A stretch of DNA of 45,126 bases from Guillardia theta CCMP2712 (taxonomy: Eukaryota; Protista; Cryptophyta). The notes under the pieces were generated by a model. The model did no database searches. It worked only from the letters and a program-made list of their open reading frames with translations, and was not told the origin of the DNA. The DNA is taken from assembly GCF_000315625.1 (NCBI RefSeq), contig NW_005434439.1, positions 1 through 45,126 of the forward strand. Reading direction: 5' to 3'. Positions 37,213 to 45,126 of the stretch are shown in pieces; the first letter of the stretch is position 1, and each line of letters begins with the position of its first letter. A program made the position numbers and the translations under genes.

Positions 37213-38711
37213 TCAGACGATGCAACGAAACTTGAAAGTCCACGAGAAGTTGTCGTTAGGGAGGACCACGACGAGAGTGCCGAATTTCTCGCCCTGGAAG
37301 GAGCAAGAGGCGATCCAACATCAGCTAGCAGTGTGAGGGAGAGTACAGTCACCTTGTCAGCGATGCTTCCCGTGTATTTAACCTCCATGAACTGCGAAAA
37401 AGGCGGTAAGGGGAATCAGCAGGAAAGGGGAGAGGAGGAGAGGGAAGAGGGATGGAGAGGAGCAGCATGCGGAAAGAGAAGTACACTGAGGTTGTCTGAA
37501 AAGCTACCTGGGGCTCCCCTCCTCTTCGCTGAAGAGTTCCGCTGGAGGGCTCGACCTTCCACCCTGGTGCAGAGTCCGGGGTGAAGCCAGCTACGAAGTC
37601 TTCAAACGTCATGCTGGAATAGGAGAAATTAGAAGCACAAACAGGCCGGGTCAGGATCATCTCGTGCCTGTTTGGCTCGATCATGATCTCCGTAGAGGCC
37701 TCGCCCATGGCACTGTTCTGTTGTACCAGTCATCTTGATACACAATCATGTTCTCTCCCTAAAACAGCTCTATACTCCACATGCTTCCTTTCTCCACTCC
37801 TGACTCCTTCCTCTGCATTCTCCCCGCCCTTTCTTTCATCCTCGCTTTCTCCCTAATACCCTCCACAGCCTGATTCTTCCCTCTCCATACCCACCATGCG
37901 GAGATCAAATCGGGGGTCTCCAGAAGCAAAGTCTCCGTCGATCCTCCAGGGATGGGCCTGCGTACAGATCCTTCAGTCACCTGAAGCTCTTGGAAGCAGG
38001 AAGAGGAAGGAACCTTGAACTCTACTTTGTCGTAAGTCAGGCGCTCAACCGTCCTGACTTCGGTCTTGTCCGCCGAAAGCATGCTCGACAGCTTCGTGTT
38101 CGCATCTCCTCCAGTCGCCGCGGCTCCTACAGCCACAGTCATCGGACTACGAGCCGGCACCTCGCTCGCTCCATTGTCCACCTGACGTGAAGCCAGTTGA
38201 GTCGACCTGGTTCCATTCTCAGACGCTGATGTTCACCTCCCCCTCCCCCTTCCTACCACGTTGCCGTTCTCGTCAGGGAAATAATCGCCAACATCGACAT
38301 TCCCTGAGTTCCCCTGATGGTGATCGGGCTTCCACTCGCTTCCAGAATCGAAGATGACTGACACCTGGAGAACAACATCAGCTAATTCACTTCTTCACAT
38401 CTTCGTTAGCTTGCACATCCGACTCCTCTTCTTCCCCTCTACTCTTGTCCATCCTCCCTCATCTCTTCTCCCCCGCCTCGCAACTCCTCCATTCATAACT
38501 TGCTCCTGGCACTCTTGCCAAACACTGCTACACAACTGCACATCTCTTCTCACCTGGGAGCCACCAAGCGAGGACTGCTGCGAACGCGGGCAGAGGCTGC
38601 CAGGGCTGGAGCCTTGCCTCTGAGAGCAAGAGGCGCGCTCAAGCCAAATGCCTCGACGCACGATGCAGCCAGCAAGGAGGAGGCGACGACAAAGAGGACG
38701 GAGCGGAACAT
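37213..38711 (-). CDS. Plastid-targeted hypothetical protein
   Basis: Signal peptide MFRSVLFVVASSLLAASCVEA-F then a transit-like GLSAPLALRGKAPALAASARVRSSPR; spliced C-terminus MTFEDFVAGFTPDSAPGWKVEPSSGTLQRRGGEPQFMEVKY...WTFKFRCIV*. Confidence 0.7.
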
Positions 38712-39389
38712 CTTCAAGGCAAGATCAGTTGTACTTCCATCGGGTGTCAGAAAGTGTTTGTGTGAGCGAGTGTGAAATCTGAGATGATGCTTGTTACTCC
38801 CTCAAAGACGAGAGAACTAGATGAAAGCTACTCCAGGACTTGCGCAATTCGACAACAATGAGAAATGAGAAATTGGGGCAAAAATCTCTTCAGCAAATTG
38901 CAGAGGGACGCATCAATGGATCCAGTTGTCACAAATCCATTAGGAAAGCTTCACTAAGTACATTCTAATCTCTCCTCTCCGTCTTCATTTCTGGAACTTC
39001 TTCTATTAAATTCTTCCTTACTCCATTGGATGTCTTACTTCTCAAGCCTTCAGCTTTCTCCAACTCCTCCATTTTCTGTGTGTGTAGTATTTACTTCTCT
39101 GTGATCTACTCAGGACAAGCAGTGAAACAAGGATTGATCATCACTATTATTCAATTATGATGTTGCAGCTATCTCCTTGCATCTCAAACATGATATGGGC
39201 ATTCTCATTTCCTCCCCTATCCCCCCTCCTCTTCCTCCTTCGCATTGCTTCGCCTTTCTATCAGTTATGGGAAACAAACATTTATCCTGCTTTTCTGTCT
39301 CAACATACGCGTTACACCCCTGCATATCCGCCTTCAATCATTCCTCCTCCATTTCTCTTCTCCGCCTGTTCTTTGCTTGTATCTTCTAC

Positions 39390-41440
39390 CCTACCCCACC
39401 CCTCCTCACGTCAGAATTACCCCACCCCACCCGGTAAAAGGAGCTGTTGACCTACCACACGGAGGACTTGGTTTCACTACCCACCCACCCCTGCAGACAT
39501 GTCAAGATGCATTGCTTCACTTATCTACCCATTTATGATCCTATGAAAACAGGGAAAAGGACCGGTACGTTTCGATTCACCCCCTTGTTACCCTCCCAGC
39601 ATTGTTTTTCAGCACCCTACCCTTACCACAACCACATACCCCACCCCACTGCAAAATTGAGGCCCCCCAACTATCGTGGCTTCTCCTTTGTTTCAAATTT
39701 GTCTGGACAATTTGAAGTTTGATAGTGGAAGACTTTGAAGTTCTCAGCCTCTGCTGCTCTCAGTGAACCTGCCGGGCGGCGGCCATCGGGCCCGGTATGG
39801 CTCAATTTGACAATCATTGTATATATCATGGTACTATTTGAAAACTTTGGTACTGATTGCAGTTTTTTACCACATAAAATATTTATTAGCTTCCCCCTGA
39901 GTACACTTACAATAATAAGTTTTAAGAGGTATTTCGATGGGATATTCCAAATCGTTCATTGATCTGTCTGAATTTCAAATGTGAGGCGGTACGTACAGCA
40001 AGCTCAAGTTGTCGGGCCTCAACCCCACCCCTTCAATAAACTCACCACCCACCCCCCAGGGTTCTCTTAACTCCTTTTCAGTCATCCGCCTAATTAGAAT
40101 CCAGAGGCCCGGGGACTTGGGGAATACGACCCCATGAGAAAGTGGTGGGTGGTCTCTCGGATAAATCGCGACAGGGGTAGGGGTATCACATGTGTAGCAG
40201 AGGGAACACAATGTACGAAAACACGGGGTGGAGTCATCTTCGATGCAGGACATTTTCGAGGGGTGGGGTGTTTTGGTGGGGTGGGTGAGGTGAGGTAGAC
40301 AGAAACCATATCCGAAGCTCACATGCTGTGAGCTACCCGCCCAAACTACCCCAACTACCCCACATTCTACTAGTAACCTTTTGCAGACCCCCTCCTAGTT
40401 CCAGACTGCTAGTAGTGATACAAGTACCGGTGCAGGGCTCAAGATCATACGCTCGTATCTCAGAGCATTCGTTGCTGTTGGTGTAGAAGTCAAATGTTTC
40501 TCGAGTGCTGTCATAATGCATTTATGCGAGGTGCCTACCCTGTCACACAGACTTCATAATTCGCCTACCCCCTGAACGATGAATCTAATGCAATGATTCC
40601 TTGACCCACCCCTGTATCCTAGAGGGATCAATTCGTTCAACCCACCCCCAAGTATATCTCCACCCCTATTTCATGAGCACTACCCACCCCAGGGAATGTC
40701 CACTGTCCGACCACCGGTGATGGCTGGCAGTCATTACATCCCGATGACTTCCAACCACACAAATCGTAGCTAGCCATGGGACCCACCCCTGGAACAAGCT
40801 TGATTTGAAAGATGTACCGGTGACTTCCCTCCAAAGTACCCACCCTTTTTCCCTATTTCCATCGGCAAACAACCTACATCCAAGAATTCAAACTCCACCA
40901 CCCCACCCTACGGCTCAGGACCCTGCTCTGACTGATCCTACCCCCTTATCTATCAGCCCCATATCAGCCTCAAGGTTAAGCCGCATATCGGCCCACGACC
41001 AATAACCCCTGACAGTGTGTACCCACCCTTTTCCTACGTAGTACCCACCCTTCCTAGGGTCTTCGAGGACCTGGCTCATTAGGCTGTGATACCTCGCTCG
41101 GACAAATACCCACCCTGAAGTTGGTAATTTGAATATATTGATTTAACTTTTCAAATTTCAAGTTTATTTCTTTCCTAAACTTGAAACTTTTGAGAGCAGT
41201 GGCGAAACAGTTTGATATTCGCTGAAAATTTGTTGAGGGGTCATCTCAAAACCTGCATACGCTCGAGGCTGCGAATGACCCACCCTCACCCTTATCTCTA
41301 TTGATTTCAGTACCCCAGCATGGCAGTGACCCCCCTTCGGTACTACATTCAATTATGCACCCTACCCATTTAGGGCCAGGACCCCGACCCCCCAGTCACG
41401 CGTCGTTCCCTGCCGCCGCCCTTCCCGCCCCTCTCATGGC
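39390..41440. other. 2-kb ACCC-skewed island between divergent genes
   Basis: Repeated taccc/caccc words, a short GC core at ~39770-39795, AT blocks and a local strand switch. Confidence 0.65.
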
Positions 41441-42250
41441 TCCGCTGTTGCCTGTTCGCCAGCACTCCCCCCGCCTTCCTTGTTGACCTGATCGCCTCCT
41501 CCTCTCCTCTCATCTCCAATCCATGGCGAGAAGTGTCAGCCTTTCCCGTGAATGGCCTACTGACTTGCATCTACTGATCTTTCAGCGCTAGAAATGCAAG
41601 ATTTATGAACAAACCGATATTACTTGGATGGCAAGGCGCAACCTAGCCTTTGATAGAAAGTGCAGTATCAGGGCGCCTTACAGCCTCATCTCATCAAATC
41701 ATTTTATTGATATGTGGTCATTTAAAGTGACTCTTTTCAGTCGTGAAAGTGAAGTGTCTGCAACTCATGTCGTGACCTTGTTGAAGCAAAACATTATGCG
41801 CGATAAGATTATTGATTTTCTCCCATGTCACTAGAAGAAGGAACGCGACATTCTCCTGAGTAGTATGACTAAGTTAGAATGTGCTCTATCGCTTTCTTAA
41901 CTCGTCCCCACATTTTGTTGTATGTGAAGGGTTATTCCCTGCAGTACCGCACGTTTCAATACTGTTGTCATGAGCGAAATCCATACTATTGCATGTCCTG
42001 CGAAATTATCGTTTGCCATCATTATCTGCAACAGAATGTCTTGTGTGATATTCCATGAAGGGGACACGGCTATTCTAATTGTCTGTATGGCAGGGCCGAC
42101 CGGAGCCAGTTGTACCAAAGATCGCACTGTTTCAATAGTTCTGCTAACGTGAGTTCAGGATCTTGTTTCGTTTTCTTTCCAAGATTTGAAATGAAGAATG
42201 GATATTGACATTGCTTGCAACAGGATAACTCACATAAATCGGTAAAAAAA

Positions 42251-43641
42251 ATGTCTGCGACAATAGATGGGGAGACAGAAAAAGCGGTGGATAGTATTAT
42301 TGAAAGACTTTTGGCGGTTCGAGGAAATAGACCGGGGAAGGTGAGGATTCATCAACGCGACCGTGAAATCTTGCTTTATTGTTAACGTCTTCTACCTTGA
42401 AATTTGAAATGTCAACTTGAGGCGGAAATCCTCAATTTTTCAATCACAACACCTAATCATGTTATTAGGCCACACAAGTTTCTCTCAAGGAGGAGGAGAT
42501 TCAAACACTAGTTACGAAGGCAAGAGAAATTTTTATGGCACAACCAGTTCTGCTCGAACTCGAAGCGCCGTTGAAGATAGTAGGTGACGTACATGGACAG
42601 TAAGTTGATTACGGTATAAGGAAAAGTGTTGCTTACGATGTTTCGCAGATACCCTGATTTGCTGCGCTTGTTCGAATATGGTGGATTTCCACCTGAAGCG
42701 AACTATCTGTTTCTTGGCGACTATGTCGATCGAGGACCTCAAGGATTGGAATGCATCTGTTTGCTCCTCGCCTACAAGATCAAATACCCCGAGAACTTTT
42801 TTATGCTGAGAGGAAATCATGAATGTTCATCCATCAATCGAATCTACGGGTATGAAACGTCGCACCATCAGATGAGCTTGACACCATGTCAGATTCTATG
42901 ACGAATGTAAGCGCCGCTACAGCTTGAAGCTTTGGAAAGCGTTCAATATGGTGGGTGAATTTTTGAATTGACTGAATTCAATCTCACTGTTGCTTGTTAG
43001 GTTTTCAATTGTCTCCCGATCGCTGCGATTGTATTCTTCCTTTGTTTCCAGCGTGCACATCATGGCTTACTTGAGTCCTTAGGTTGATGATAAGATTTTT
43101 TGCATACATGGAGGATTGTCGCCCGATTTGAACAGCATGGAGCAAATTCGCCGCATTTTGCGTCCAACCGATGTTCCAGACACTGGCTTGCTTTGCGATG
43201 TTCTTTGGGCAGATCCTGATCCCAATATCCGTGGATGGTACTATGATTCATAGATTGAAAAGAAGATTCACACGTGTGTAGGGCTGAGAGTGATCGAGGT
43301 GTATCGTTCACCTTTGGGGCTGACATTGTTGAGAAGTTCAATCGGAAGCACGTGAGTTCATACCTTGAGTTTGATTTCTGAATTTGATGAGATATTCTCA
43401 GGACTTTGATCTCATTGTCAGAGCGCATCAAGTGGTGGAAGATGGATATGAGTTCTTTGCGAGACGGCAGTTGGTGACGGTGTTCAGTGCGCCTAATTAC
43501 TGTGGAGAATTTGACAATGCGGGGGCTATGATGTCCGTGGACGAAACTCTCATGTGCTCATTTCAAGTGTTGCGTCCAGCAGAGAAGAAGAAAGGTGTGA
43601 TCGGCGGTCGTGTTTCTACTCCAGCAGCAAGCAAACGGTAA
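42251..43641 (+). CDS. PP1: Ser/Thr protein phosphatase 1 catalytic subunit
   Basis: [48 protein letters not shown] and the PP1-type [13 protein letters not shown], across eight exons. Confidence 0.96.
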
Positions 43642-43939
43642 AACAGGATGCACACGATGACGAGTCTGCATAGAAATAAATAATTTCAAGTTTATTCGGA
43701 TCAAATGCGGTTGCTGGGCTTTGTGCGGCGAATGTGCAGTCATCTGGTCAGATGAGGGAGATCTTTGGAGAAGACTGGTCAAGTTGTACATCGTCGGAGA
43801 AAGTACAGGAAGGTTAGAGACACTTAGAGACTTTTTTGGGTGACAGGTATGGATGAAAGTATAATCCATTTATCAAGGACCGCTCGTTGCTGTCGCCGAT
43901 TCACCTTACTGTACAATGGCAATGCTGACAGGCAGCTGA

Positions 43940-45126
43940 TCAACTGGAAGACACTCCCAGCGTTTTCTTCGCGAGCTGCGACTCGTCACTCCTCACACTG
44001 CAAAGGTAAGTCGAGTCAAACCTCGAGGGCCGTGAAGAAGACAGCTCCTCTCAATGCCATCCACACCTGCCAGACCCGTCACGTGACTTACAACACGTCC
44101 TCCTCTTGCCATTCGCTGCGGCGCTCCGAGAAACAGAGCAGCGCCTCCTTCGTGCTTGAAGATTTTCATCCCAACCTGCACTACTCCCTCGCTCTTCCCC
44201 ACAGCCTCCTTCCTTGTCTTGCCGCCGACGGCTCCTCCTGCCCCCTGTAACATGATGCGCGACCTGATCGTGTCGATGGGCGTGAGGACGAGGCCGTTGA
44301 CGAGGCCCTGGAAGGCTCCGATCTAGGGGCATCGTGAGTGCGCGCGAGCAACTTGCAACAAGTTACGCATGAGTCCTCCCACGGCTGGATCTCCCTAGAA
44401 AGATCAAGTTCAGACTGACTCTCGTACAACCCTCCACTGATCAAACCCCCAGCGCTCCACCCTGCTCCCACCCCACCCATCTCCCTCCCTTGGCGGGAAT
44501 TACCTTGGGGTAATGACCTTCTTGTAGCGATGCCGAACCCCTTCGTAGATCATGTACCTTTCAATCGCTTCAGCTCCTCCTCCTCCATCCTCTTTCACCG
44601 GTCACGTCATCTGCAGCCGCGGAATGTGCAGCAGCATCCATGCTCGGGATCCGCTGTAGAGGGCTGAAACTCCCCTGGATGAGCACGAGTCTTGAGAGAG
44701 GAGAAGCTGGTAGGGGAGCGAACCTCTCTCGTATGATGTGGGAGATACCCTGGGAGAGGCTGTCGTGAACGTGATTCTAGCAGGGCATGTCAGCGAAGAC
44801 AATGTGGATGAGAGACTAGGAGGAACAAGATGGCAGAGGACGAGGGAAGTGCATGGGAGAGCAGCGGAGAGCAGCGGAGTAAGGCAGGGGGGAAGCAGCG
44901 GAGAGCAGCGGAGTAGAGGCAGGGGAGAGCAGGGGAGAGCAGGGGAGAGCAGCGGAGAGCAGGGGAGAGCAGCGGAGAGCAGCGGAGAGCAGCGGAGTAG
45001 AGGCAGGGGAGAGGGGTGTAGAGGCAGAAGAGGAGGGGGTGAATTCCAAAGGGGAAAGGAGGTCAGGTATGGGTTTGAAAACCTGCAGTCGCAACTTGAG
45101 CACGTCTGTGGGTATCTGAATGATAC
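43940..45126 (-). CDS. Mitochondrial carrier family (SLC25) protein, 3' part only; possibly SAM-carrier-like
   Basis: Two Px[DE]xx[KR]xR signatures (IPTDVLKLRLQ, TPIDTIRSRIM), GVSALYSG and ALFLGAPQRMVWMALRGAVFFTALE. The gene runs off the window end. Confidence 0.85.
44855..45012. repeat. 10-bp (GGAGAGCAGC/G)n repeat in a carrier-gene intron
   Basis: Directly visible. Confidence 0.9.

Noticed and set aside
39975-40872. Transposon or viral gene relics in the ACCC island
   Set aside because: No RT, integrase, transposase, Rep/helicase or capsid motifs recognised; no TIR, LTR or TSD found by eye.

Overview
Gene-dense eukaryotic nuclear DNA with many short (~40-90 nt) GT/GC-AG introns, microsatellite-filled introns and bipartite signal+transit presequences. 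These features point to an alga with a complex red plastid; the style suggests a cryptophyte such as Guillardia (inference). Thirteen spliced protein genes were reconstructed by hand: a membrane-anchored collagen-like protein, organellar ThrRS, a large EF-hand-tailed unknown, a 64-aa single-TM protein, a Siw14/PFA-DSP phosphatase, a 2-TM Cys-loop protein, DnaJA-like Hsp40, a small mitochondrial-type protein, ATR kinase, a divergent HSF-like factor, a plastid-targeted unknown, PP1 and a partial mitochondrial carrier. Genes mostly form convergent pairs separated at their 5' ends by odd non-coding islands (GC-rich palindrome mosaics plus ACCC-skewed tracts). Top observations: (1) the Hsp40 presequence ends exactly in the ubiquitin C-terminal motif LRLRGG just before the ancestral Met, suggesting deubiquitinase-type maturation of a periplastid-targeted protein; (2) a possible bicistronic or alternatively fused locus with a 4-nt stop-to-start gap; (3) the recurrent island architecture; (4) an HSF-type domain with a rewired recognition helix. 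No rRNA, tRNA, CRISPR array or intact mobile element was seen. All exon models are manual and unverified by transcripts.
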